A DNA stretch of 24,188 nt from a virus (taxonomy: Duplodnaviria > Caudoviricetes), in the IMG/VR virus record IMGVR_UViG_3300012952_000135, positions 1 to 24,188 of that record; one strand, written 5' to 3'. The notes beneath the pieces were generated by a model. That model was not told the origin of the DNA, made no database searches, and was given only the letters and a program-made list of their open reading frames with translations. Numbering within the stretch: position 1 is the first letter of the stretch; each line of letters opens with the position of its first letter. Shown here piece after piece: positions 1 to 10,300 of the stretch. A program made the translations under genes and the position numbers.

Positions 1-1
1 A

Positions 2-1084
2 AGTTTTGACGGAAATAGGTGCATGATTGTTGATCAACCAGTGATTCACAACATCAAAAAGTGGTTTCAGATGCCTTGTGCGTATATGGAAGCAGAAGAA
101 GAGCCTCGAGAAAACTTTTACGGAGAAAAACAAGACCAATTTAGGGCATCGCGGAAGGCATTTGGGTATTTGCCGTGGAAATACTGTGCACCCAATGATG
201 AAAAAGCAGAATTTACGGTTTCTCTGTCATTTGACGGAAAAACTACTGGTCCTCAAGGTCAAGATTTTATGAAATTCTTAAATTCTTTACCAAAACCTAA
301 AATTACACCTAAGAGAAACGTAACTGGCGGGTATAAAACATGGAATTGCACTAGAGGTAACGTGCCAGGTCGCTGTTACCGTGGTAGTAACAATAGTATA
401 GAATACGTCCCAATCGGACTTGACGAAAATACATATGATTATAACCGTAGCAGTTATACTAGAGCACAACAATTCAGTTTGTGGTTAGGAAACAACCTAG
501 ATGGCAATCCTACAGACGCTACAGTTAATTGGCAATCAACAGTACCAGATGGAGAAGGTGGCACAAACACAATCAACGGATCTCAAAGCTATACTAACTT
601 TACAGTCAATAGCGGGTCTTGTCCAAGTGACCCTACCAATATTCCTCACGATTGTTGGGACAGGTATGTGCGTAAGGGCAGTAATACAAATGGACCTCTT
701 GATGTCTACTGCGGATGGGATGACAGTGGAAACCCTCTTGCAGGACAAACCTATTATGAAATCACACCACCATCTGCTTTAAGTAGTCAATCGGGTGCAG
801 GACAAGGTAATTGGCCAGGTACTGGATCTGGTCTATGTCAAAACTGCAATGCATTAAATCATGTTGCAGACGTTTCTATTGCCATTGACCCTAAGCGTAT
901 GGAGACAGAGCGTTATAGGATTAAGATGGGCGACTATAGTGGTAGGATGCAGATACTAAATTATTTGACAGGAGGCACTAATGCTTTGTCTAGAAGTATT
1001 AAAAATGTAGGTAATCCATTCTTCGACGAGTGCCAAGATAAATACCCATATCTAGATGGTAGACAACTAGAGGGTCAAGGATAA
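2..1084 (+). CDS. 5'-truncated hypothetical protein, Cys/Gly/Asn-rich, probably virion-associated
   Basis: The frame is open from base 2 (SFDGNRC-MIVDQP...), so the ATG at 23 is probably internal. About 11 Cys. Its TAA overlaps the next ATG (TAATG, 1082-1086). The virion role is inferred only from position in the baseplate cluster. Confidence 0.75.
   Translation, partial: SFDGNRCMIVDQPVIHNIKKWFQMPCAYMEAEEEPRENFYGEKQDQFRASRKAFGYLPWKYCAPNDEKAEFTVSLSFDGKTTGPQGQDFMKFLNSLPKPKITPKRNVTGGYKTWNCTRGNVPGRCYRGSNNSIEYVPIGLDENTYDYNRSSYTRAQQFSLWLGNNLDGNPTDATVNWQSTVPDGEGGTNTINGSQSYTNFTVNSGSCPSDPTNIPHDCWDRYVRKGSNTNGPLDVYCGWDDSGNPLAGQTYYEITPPSALSSQSGAGQGNWPGTGSGLCQNCNALNHVADVSIAIDPKRMETERYRIKMGDYSGRMQILNYLTGGTNALSRSIKNVGNPFFDECQDKYPYLDGRQLEGQG
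1038..1044 (+). promoter_or_regulatory. putative T4-like late promoter (ATAAATA)
   Basis: Matches the core of the T4 gp55-dependent late promoter TATAAATA; lies 40 nt upstream of the PAAR-like ATG. Confidence 0.5.
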
Positions 1085-1614
1085 TGGGATTTGGATTTTT
1101 AAAACCAGTTGCTGCTATCAATGGTCTACCTGACTCTGGACATGGGTTGTGTCTACCCCCTACTGTGCATAGCACAGAGTCTTGCGGAGCAATCCCAAGG
1201 ACAAGGACTATTCGTATTAAAGAGTATACTTGTTGGTGGCCACCTCTGAGTCTGATACCAATGACACCACTAGCACCAAACCGTGCTACAGTATTAGTCA
1301 ATGGTTATCCAATCATGCTTGCAGGTGACAAGTTTATAAAACATCCGTCAACCTGCACTAACATAGTAATCCATATGTGTCCATGTGGTAAATCACTATG
1401 TCCAAAACCTACACCCTACCCATGCTCAGTCTTAACGACAGAGGATGGAGGTGTAGGACACGATAGGACTCTATATCCTACAACCTTAACTGTGTTTGCA
1501 CTCAAGCGATTGATTGCTAGACAGTTAGACCCACTAGGAGTCGGATTTCCTGGCTTCTCGTATCCTTGCTCATCAGTAGTAGCCTATGGCTCTATGAATG
1601 TTTGGGCAGGTTAA
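1084..1614 (+). CDS. PAAR-like baseplate central spike tip protein (T4 gp5.4-like) with Cys-rich insertions
   Basis: PAAR-type segments TVLVNGYPIMLAGD, TVFALKRLIARQLDP and C-terminal CSSVVAYGSMNVWAG. Candidate metal ligands GH, KH, GH and PC are in the order seen in gp5.4/PAAR proteins. Adjacent to gp25. Confidence 0.75.
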   Translation: MGFGFLKPVAAINGLPDSGHGLCLPPTVHSTESCGAIPRTRTIRIKEYTCWWPPLSLIPMTPLAPNRATVLVNGYPIMLAGDKFIKHPSTCTNIVIHMCPCGKSLCPKPTPYPCSVLTTEDGGVGHDRTLYPTTLTVFALKRLIARQLDPLGVGFPGFSYPCSSVVAYGSMNVWAG

Positions 1615-1632
1615 TCACTTTATTAAATTATT

Positions 1633-1773
1633 ATGGCAACTAGATCAACAGCCTTCGTATCGGGTGGAGTAGATACAAAACCTAAGAAGACAAGACAGGG
1701 TAAAAGTCAGAATACAAAACTTTCTGCTACCTCTAGAAATAAACCGCGTAAAAAGTATCGTGGACAAGGCTAA
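1633..1773 (+). CDS. small basic protein, 46 aa (MATRSTAFVSGGVDTKPKKTRQGKSQNTKLSATSRNKPRKKYRGQG)
   Basis: ATG 1633 to TAA 1771-1773 fills the intergenic gap; below the ORF-track length cutoff. The KKTRQG...SATSRN...KYRGQG pattern resembles a small conserved ORF I recall from T4-like cyanophages. Confidence 0.8.
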   Translation: MATRSTAFVSGGVDTKPKKTRQGKSQNTKLSATSRNKPRKKYRGQG

Positions 1774-1776
1774 ATA
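1770..1776 (+). promoter_or_regulatory. putative late promoter (CTAAATA variant)
   Basis: TAAATA core overlaps the stop of the 46-aa ORF, about 45 nt upstream of the gp25 start, in an AT-rich spacer. Confidence 0.5.
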
Positions 1777-1820
1777 ATAAAGTATAACTTATATTATGGC
1801 AAAATTCATATTCATGTAGA

Positions 1821-2231
1821 GTGTCATACAGAATTAGATCAGATAAAAACATAAGTCGTGGTTTTAGAGATTTTGCAATGTCTTTCAAAGCAAATCCTAA
1901 TAGCCGCGACTTTGGTGCTGTCAAAAATGAGAATGCAATCAAACAGGCAGTGCTAAATTTGATCAAAACCGATATAGGTGAGAAACCTTTTCAGTATGAT
2001 GTCGGATCTCGAGTGACAGGACTTTTATTTGAGCCTTATGATGTTTTTACAGGTGAGGCGATCAAAGACGAGATTAACAGCACTTTAGATAGATACGAAA
2101 AACGCATAAGAGTCGTATCTGTTAACGTAACAGACGGTTTCGATACAAACTCACTTGAAGTAAGAGTAGAGTATACGATTGTTGGAGAAAGAATCGTTAA
2201 AGAAATCGATTTCATACTAGAGAGGACGTAA
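1821..2231 (+). CDS. gp25: baseplate wedge subunit gp25 (GPW/gp25 family)
   Basis: Motifs F.DF.MSF..NP...D....KNENAIKQAVLNLI.T..GEKPF...VGS....LLFE and I...L..YE.RI.V..V. GTG start, in-frame stop upstream at 1785, TAATG coupling to gp6. Confidence 0.92.
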   Translation: MSYRIRSDKNISRGFRDFAMSFKANPNSRDFGAVKNENAIKQAVLNLIKTDIGEKPFQYDVGSRVTGLLFEPYDVFTGEAIKDEINSTLDRYEKRIRVVSVNVTDGFDTNSLEVRVEYTIVGERIVKEIDFILERT

Positions 2232-4336
2232 TGCCTGCAGTACCATCAGAATTAACCTCCTTAGATTTCTTTGAAATCAAGGAATCCATAAGATCATACC
2301 TTAGGACACGATCAGAGTTTACTGATTACGACTTTGAAGGATCTGCTGCGTCTTATTTGTTAGACACTCTTGCATACAACACATATTATACAGCATTCAA
2401 TGCTAACATGTCTCTTAATGAGGCATTTCTAGAAACATCTACTGTCAGAGACAATATTGTTAAGGTTGCTAAGCAACTTAACTACACTCCTCGTAGTGTT
2501 AAGTCTCCAAAAGCATATGTGACAGTAAGTGTGCAGACTTTAATCGGTGCAAATGGTTTAACCTACCCTGAGCAAGTTACAATTAACAAGGGTGACTCAT
2601 TTAGTGCTGAAAATAACTTTGATGATTATATTTTTACAATCCTAAGTCAAGTACAAGCACCTGTTGATCAATCTACTGGTATTGCTACCTTTAGATGTCT
2701 TGCAACTTATCAGGGCAACCTACTTACTTACTCGTTTATTGTTAATAACACAAAAAGACAAGAATATATTATTCCTAGTGAAGATGTAGACACTGAAAGA
2801 ATGATTGTTTACATTTCTCCTTCTGTGCAGTCTTCTGAAATTGATATTTACAACAAATCAACAACCTCTGTTGACTTAGACTCAAATTCTCGTATTTACT
2901 TCCTTGAAGAAGTTGACGATTTGCGTTATAAGGTAATCTTCGGTGATGGAGTGTTGGGAAGACAACTAGTTGACGGTGAATTTGTAAAAATTGACTATGT
3001 AAGGACTGTTGGTAAGGAAGCAAACGGTGCAAGAGACTTTACCTTCATCGGTACAGCATCTGATAGCGAAGGACGCATCGTTGGTAACAGCTCAATTACT
3101 GTTGTGACCGAAAATCAGGCAGCAGACGGTGAAGATAGAGAAACACCTGTTTCTATCAAGTATAATGCTCCTAGATTGTATACAACACAAAACAGAGCAG
3201 TTACAGAAAGAGATTTTGAGAATCTAGTAAGACAACTATATCCACAATCACGATCAGTAGTTGCATATGGTGGTGAGAAGTTAAATCCTCCTGTTTATGG
3301 TAAGGTGTATGTTGCGGTTAGACCTAAGACTGGTGCTAAGCTCAACGAAACAACAAAAGTAAGAATTAAAAACCAGTTGAAGGATTATTCAATCGGTGCT
3401 ATCGACCCGATTATCATTGACCCAACAACTCTCTATGTTATTCCTAAGTCTTACGTTTACTATAACGGTAATGACACTAATCTTAGTTCTAATGACCTAA
3501 GGACAAAAGTGTTGAAGAATATCGACGACTACAACTCACAAAATGCTGCAAATAGATTCAACAATAGATTTGAAGGATCTAAGTATTCTGGAGTAATCGA
3601 TAATTCAGACCCTGCTATCTCAGGTAGCACATCTCAAATAACCCTTGGTCAAAATATTGACGCATTCCAGTTTGGTCAAGTATTTAACCAGTGTTTAGAC
3701 TTCAATAATCCTTTATTCAGACCTGGCGACTATTCGGGCAGCCCAGATGGTAATGGCACCTCAGGGGACGGCACAGATGGGTCTGACGGCACATGTAAAC
3801 CAACCTTCTCCGTAGTTAAGTCAGGCACATTCTATGCAACTGGATATACTGAGACTCTTCTAAACAATGCCAATCTAACTAGTGGTGTTGTGCAAGTAGA
3901 TACAGCAACATTATCTTCTACAAATACACAAACCCTTGTCCCTGTAAATCTAAGAGACGATGGTAAAGGTAACATGATGCTTGTTACTATTAGAGATGAG
4001 GCAGAAGTCATCCTAAACAATAATGTCGGATCAGTCAACTACAATACTGGTGAAGTATGTGTAGGACCTCTAAACGTTGCACTGACACCTGACAACACAT
4101 TAAGAATTCCAGTAGTAGTTTACCCCAGTGGTGGATCACTCGAGCCTCCTGCAGGCACCGACCCAATCATCTTCAACCCAGACGTCAATCCAATCGATTA
4201 TACGATCAACGACTTGTCAGTCCCTATCTTCGATCCTAATAATTTCAGTGGATTTAACTTTGGTGGTGGAGAGCTAAATATACTTGACTACCCAACGGAT
4301 ACTTTCACTTATCCCGATATTACGGACTGCTTCTAA
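2231..4336 (+). CDS. gp6: baseplate wedge protein gp6
   Basis: N-terminal LDFFEIKESIRSYL...FTDYDFEGS..SYLLDTLAYNTYY.AFNANM..NEAFL.T...RDNIV..AKQLNY.PRS; central FGDGVLG; IKYNAPR.Y.TQNRAVT..DF; YGKVYVAV.P. These are T4 gp6/baseplate J signatures. 701 aa, follows gp25. Confidence 0.95.
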   Translation: MPAVPSELTSLDFFEIKESIRSYLRTRSEFTDYDFEGSAASYLLDTLAYNTYYTAFNANMSLNEAFLETSTVRDNIVKVAKQLNYTPRSVKSPKAYVTVSVQTLIGANGLTYPEQVTINKGDSFSAENNFDDYIFTILSQVQAPVDQSTGIATFRCLATYQGNLLTYSFIVNNTKRQEYIIPSEDVDTERMIVYISPSVQSSEIDIYNKSTTSVDLDSNSRIYFLEEVDDLRYKVIFGDGVLGRQLVDGEFVKIDYVRTVGKEANGARDFTFIGTASDSEGRIVGNSSITVVTENQAADGEDRETPVSIKYNAPRLYTTQNRAVTERDFENLVRQLYPQSRSVVAYGGEKLNPPVYGKVYVAVRPKTGAKLNETTKVRIKNQLKDYSIGAIDPIIIDPTTLYVIPKSYVYYNGNDTNLSSNDLRTKVLKNIDDYNSQNAANRFNNRFEGSKYSGVIDNSDPAISGSTSQITLGQNIDAFQFGQVFNQCLDFNNPLFRPGDYSGSPDGNGTSGDGTDGSDGTCKPTFSVVKSGTFYATGYTETLLNNANLTSGVVQVDTATLSSTNTQTLVPVNLRDDGKGNMMLVTIRDEAEVILNNNVGSVNYNTGEVCVGPLNVALTPDNTLRIPVVVYPSGGSLEPPAGTDPIIFNPDVNPIDYTINDLSVPIFDPNNFSGFNFGGGELNILDYPTDTFTYPDITDCF
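4274..4280 (+). promoter_or_regulatory. putative late promoter (CTAAATA) for the giant gene, inside the gp6 3' end
   Basis: TAAATA core about 63 nt upstream of ATG 4343. Confidence 0.45.
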
Positions 4337-4342
4337 TAAGAT

Positions 4343-7300
4343 ATGTCTAGAGTTAATGTTTCTGACAGAGTTGAGCAACAACTCCCTGACTTTATTAAGT
4401 CAGAGGATAGAGCGTTTGTACAATTACTTCAAGAATACTACAAATCCCAAGAGAAGGTCGGTAGACCTTACGATATTCTTAATAATGTACTTGATTATCT
4501 TGACTTAGACACTTACCAGTCAAATGTCTTAACATCTCAGACTACAGTGCTTCAAGCGATCGGTTTGAATGACACAGAGATTGTTGTAGAAGATATTGAC
4601 GGATATCAAGAAAGAAATGGTAGTATACAGGTTGATAATGAAATCCTGTATTACGAATCGGTAACCAGAGGTCCTGATGCTATCATGACACCTGGTATTG
4701 CACCACATGAATTTAAAAAGAAAGAGCAAGCACTAGAAAATCCATATTACGAGTTTGATGGAGTCCAAACTACATTCGCACTAAAGTATCAGGGTAACCC
4801 AGTTAGTCCTGCATCTGTAGATCACCTAATTGTTACTGTCTATAATGTAACTCTTAAACCTACAGTTGATTACATTGTCAGTGGCACTAATATCATCTTC
4901 ACAGTGCCCCCTAGGACACCCACTGGTGGCGATGACCAAGGTTTTACTAATATTACCTATCTCATAGGCTTTGCAGATAAAACCATTGTCACAATGGATG
5001 CTGTGTCATATACAGAATGGCAAGGCACAAAATATTACCCTCTAAGAGTAAATGGTCAAGCATATACTCCAATTTCTGATGTTTCTCTAATTGTAAACCG
5101 CACAGGACAATTACAGAAACCTTTTGAGCAATTTAATGTCTACCAAGATACTCTTGTTACTAAGTTTGCCTTAGGTAGTGCCGATACCCTTCATGTTAGA
5201 GCGATTGAGTTTGTACCTGCGTCTTTTGGTAGTGGTGCAGATGCAGTATGTAATGTTGTAGACAATAAAATCGATACAATCTTAGTTAAGACAGGTGGTA
5301 AAGGATATAGACTAGATTTTGCTCCTAGAGTAAACATTCAAACTGCAACTGTTGGAGAATATGCAACAGCACACAGTTTAGTTGGTGGTATTAAAGATAT
5401 TCAGTTAATTTCTGGTGGTCAAGGTTATACATCTTACAATCCTCCTATTCCTTTAGTCACTGCACCTACCAATGCTAATGGTAGACTGGCAAGAGTGTCT
5501 TTAACAGTCAATGATACTACTGGAATGGTTGATACTGTCACTATCACTGATTCTGGATCAGGATATGACTTTGTGCCAGTTATCACCTTCAATAATCCTG
5601 GCGGAGCAACTATTTCTGATGCAACTATTGACTCTGAAGGTAGATTGAATGTAGATACTATCACAGTTACTGCACCAGGTCTTAATTATGCCAATCCTCC
5701 TACAATCTACATCGATCCTGCTCCTGACGGTGGTATTAACGCTATTGCAGAGTGCTCTCTAACAGCAGAGGGTGGTTTAGCATCAGTTACTATCATCAAT
5801 AGAGGAAGAGGGTATGTAACCCCTCCTAGATGCCGTGTAGTAGACCCTGTTGGTGCTCAAGTCTTAGATGTAACCGTATCTAGTGGTGCTGTTACAGATA
5901 TTGAGTTATTGACTGGTGGTAGAGGTTATACTGACGCTCCATCTGTTTATATTGTTGACGATCGCAAAGATGCATACGGCACTTCTATAGGAGGCACAGG
6001 TGCAACTGCTGCTGCGACTATTTTTAACGGTGAGTTGACCGATATCAACATTACCAACTTTGGTACTGGATATAGCGAAGCAAATCCTCCTAAAATTTAT
6101 ATTGCTGAGCCTCAAGCAGCAAAAGCATCTGTAAACGTTGGATACGACGAAGTTACTGGATTTGTAATCGAAGAGCGTGGTAGAAACTACGTCCCTAGTG
6201 CATTTAATGGTATTGTGCGTGGTGTTTCTAACGTTATTGATTATGACGAATATGGAAACCAAGTTTTTGCAAAAGAAAGTCAAATTACTACTAGCACACA
6301 CCCAATCGGGTCTATAGTAAGAAATCTTGACTCATTATTCATCTATCAGTTATTTGAGAAGTTTAGAAAGCAATATCTGCCCACTATTCAACTAGATCCA
6401 AGTAAAGTTAACCCTGTTAACGTAATTAAGAATATCAGGGACTTCTATCTTGCTAAAGGTACTGCATTGGGTGCAAAATACCTTTTCAAGATTCTTTTTG
6501 GTGAAGAGATTGAGGTATCATATCCTAAAGAGCAAATTATCTCTCCATCTGCTGCTACATGGACTGTAGACACGATTTTAAGGACACAAGTAGTATCTGG
6601 TGACCCTGTTAACTTAATTGACTCTGAAGTTATTCAATATGCTGATGATGTTGACCAAAATGTCAAATATGCTTCAGCATTGGTTGAAAATGCAATTTCA
6701 ATCATTAAAGGTGAAGATACAATCTATGAATTAGTAATATCAGAAGAAACTCTCACTGGTATCTTTAAGATTCCTTATAGGACTCGTCTTGTTGAGCCAT
6801 TAACCACTACAGGACAAATTGTAACTGTTGACTCTACTATTGGGTGGCCAGAGAGAAACGGCACCTTCAATATTGGCGATAATGAAGAAGTCCAGTATAA
6901 AGAGAAGTCACTTAACCAGTTTATCGAATGTACTCGATCAAAAAACAATATTATCGAAGATTGGGATCCTGGCACTGTTATTACTTCCAATATCTTCATA
7001 TATGCCAATAGAGGCACTACTACTGAAGTTAAGATGCGTGTTTTGGGTATTGCCGAAGCAGGAAGCACAGTACTCGACGATACAGGATCATATTACTTAC
7101 CTGGCGATAAACTAAAGGTTGCATCACTTGGATCTGACTCTGTTGGTGAAGAAAGACTAGAATCATGGTTTTATAACGTTAAAAAACTTATTAGCGTCTC
7201 TGCTATCGATCCAGGCTCTCTTTCTCAAGTTGCAACAGTAACAACTGCTGAGCCTCATGGATTATTGGTAGAAGACACAGTTACAGTGTATGGTGCAAAC

Positions 7301-10300
7301 CCAGTTATCTTTAACGGCACATTCCAAGTATCTTCTCGTATTGACGAATTTAATTTCTCATATAGAGTTGCAACAGCAACTGATATCGTCCCAGTTGGTA
7401 ATATTCTACTTTCAGTCGATCTTAACAGAGGTAAGTCAACTGAGACTCCAATCAATAACGTTGTTACTGAATTTACGACTAATATTCAGAATTCCTTCTT
7501 TAATGCTGATTATGTCTACGTTGCAGCGTCAGGTCTTCCAAACTACAAGATAGGACCTTTTATTGGGTCTGCATTGATTCCTGGCAACCAAAGAAAGCTT
7601 GTTAGAATTCCTAGAGTTGTAAATACCGTTTCAGAGCGTCAAGCGATCGCTGCTAACAGTGCAATCGGATCTTGGGTAAATGGTGTAAGTATTTGGTGTT
7701 ATAAGTCAAGAGAGTCAGTCCTTTTCGGTCCTTTGACTGGAATTGTTGTTTCTAATGCAGGTGTCAACTATGATGCAGGATCTCCCCCAGAAGTCCTTAT
7801 TGAAGGTGGTGGAGGTAGTGGTGCAACTGCTACTGTTACAGTTAATGGTAGTGTTGACTCATTTGAGGTAACAGCACAAGGATCTGGATACACATCATCA
7901 CCTTTGATCTCTATTGTTGGTGGTGGAGGATCTGGTGCATCTGCAAGTGCAGTTGTTACTAACGGTGCTATTACAAGAATCCTAGTATCAAACGCAGGTA
8001 GTGGATTCACATCACAACCATCTATCACAATTACTGGTGGTGGAGGTAGTGGTGCTGCAGCAACTGCTAATATTCGAGGTCCTATCTCTGGTGTTACACT
8101 AACAGGTGGTGGATCTGGATATACATCTCTACCAACTGTATCTGTTACATCTGGTGAAGGTGCATTAGCACAACCTATTGTATTGAATGGTAGAATCGTT
8201 TCTATCGCTATTATTAACTCTGGTCGTCGTTATACCACTGCACCAAGAGTTGTAATTAATGGAGATGGTTTTGGTGCTGTTGCTAAAGCAACTATTGCAA
8301 CTACTGGAGAAGACAAGGGTAAAGTCATTGGTATCACTATATCTAACAGAGGTATCAATTATATCCAAGGTACAACAACTGTAAGACTAGATGCTGTTGG
8401 TGAGTTGGCAACATTCACTGCACAGGTGTTTGAGTGGAATAAAAACTTTGAATATGACCTTGCAAACAAATATGACATTGCAAGAGGTTATGTTTTTACT
8501 GGTCTTAACAACCAGTATGGTGGAGAGTATGCTCACCTTTCAGATCCAAAAGAATTACGTTATGTTGTTGGAGACAACGTATTCCTTAATCAAGAGACAG
8601 GCAACTTCCAAGAGATCTCCCAAAACTTCCTACACTCTCCAATTTTAGGATGGGGATATGATGGTAACCCAATCTATGGTCCTTATGGTTATGCAAATCC
8701 AACTGATCAAAACAGTGGTGTAAGAAGACTTCGCACATCATATAGACTAAAACCAGAAATTGTAGCAGATGCAGTAACTAATCCTAATCCTGCTAGAGTT
8801 GATGGTCCTTTACTCGCAACTTATCCTGCAGGATCATTTGTGCCTGATTATGAGTACGTATTCCAAGCAGGTGACTTAGATCAGTATAACGGTCGTTTCT
8901 GTAAGACACCTGAGTATCCTGATGGCACATATGCATACTTTGTTACTATTGATGCATCTGACGCAGGTATTCCAGAATTCCCATACATTATGGGTCCTGC
9001 ATTTAACTCACTTCCAGATGAGTGGAATTTAAGTCAAGGTGCAGTCCAAGAGAATATTCCAGCTGATGTTGTAAGATATAGAGTCCCATATGAGAATGTA
9101 GACATCGATGTTGAGCGTTTACCAAACCAAGAGGCAGATGTCCTAACAACTGAGATTGAAGGTTATCCAATCATCTTTGAAGTCCAAGATACTAACCAAG
9201 ATGGTATTATTGATGCTAATGAGCAACAGGAAGTATTAGAGTTACAAGAAGAGCCTACTCTACAAATTTACGATTATTTCCCTCAAGTTTCACTTGAATC
9301 TAAAGTTGACATCGATGTAGAGACTGTTACTCAATTTGAGACTGCACAGATCGATGGTTTTGTTGTAGAGAATCCTGGCATCTCTTATCAGGTTAATGAC
9401 ACCGTATTCTTTGATAATACTGATACAGGTGGATTTGGTGCTTCTGCAATCATTGATAGTATTAAAGGTGTTGCTATTAGTGCCTATGTCAAAGAAATTA
9501 TTGGTGACAGACCATATGGTGTAATTACAACTTCTCTGAATCATGACCTTATAGCAGGTGATGAAATCATTGTTGATTCTACTCCTATCACAGCAAACAC
9601 TAATAAAGAGTTTAAAGTTAAAGTTGTAGATGGTATTGAGAGCGTTACTGTAGATACACAAGGTGTTGGATATAATGCTGCTTTACCTCCAACTTATGAG
9701 TTGGTTGAAGGTGGTAGTGGAATTGACGCTGACTTTACTATTAATCTTGATGCTGCAGGTGTTGCAGATTCATTTACTATCATTAACTCTGGTAATGGAT
9801 ATAGTGTTGATACACCTCCTCAGATCAGAGTATCTCATCCTCAGTCAATTACAAAAACACGTTATTGGTTATCTGAGTATTTGAATGATAGTGGTAACGT
9901 TACTGTCCATGATAGTATTGCAACTGCTAATAGAGACTACTATGTTTGTGGATCTCTTAAAGAAGATCTAGATAGTGACCAAGTTGGTTTCCTTGCTAAG
10001 TTTAACGACCTTGGTGAAGTGCAGTGGGTAAGGACATTACTTCCAAATAATACAGGTGTTAAGACACTCGAATTTACTTGTTTGTATGTTGATGACTCAC
10101 AAGAAAACGACCTCGTATATGTTGGAGGCCAAACATATGACCCCAATAATCCCAATTATAATCCAGATGTCTGGTTTGGTAAGTATGAGTCAGAAAGAGA
10201 CGCACAAAACAATCCTACAGGTACTTTAAAGTGGCAGAAGTCTATTGCAGGTATATCTGGTGGACAGCGTAAAGATTATATCACTGATATCTACTTAGAT

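Noticed and set aside
1615-1820. Rho-independent terminator or RNA gene in the intergenic spacers
   Set aside because: No GC-rich hairpin with a U-tract and no tRNA-like structure; most of the gap is the 46-aa ORF.
1821-2231. gp25 as a lysozyme
   Set aside because: This is a legacy annotation; the family is structural (sheath initiation) and no catalytic motif is evident.
78-4038. Short alternative-frame or antisense ORFs (e.g. 999-1301, 1733-1966, 2775-3032, 3832-4038)
   Set aside because: They overlap well-supported plus-strand genes.
7800-8125. ggtggtgga...ggtgc repeats as a CRISPR array or tandem DNA repeat
   Set aside because: They are degenerate, in-frame, about 110-120 nt apart and encode GGGGSGA linkers; there is no constant repeat-spacer structure.
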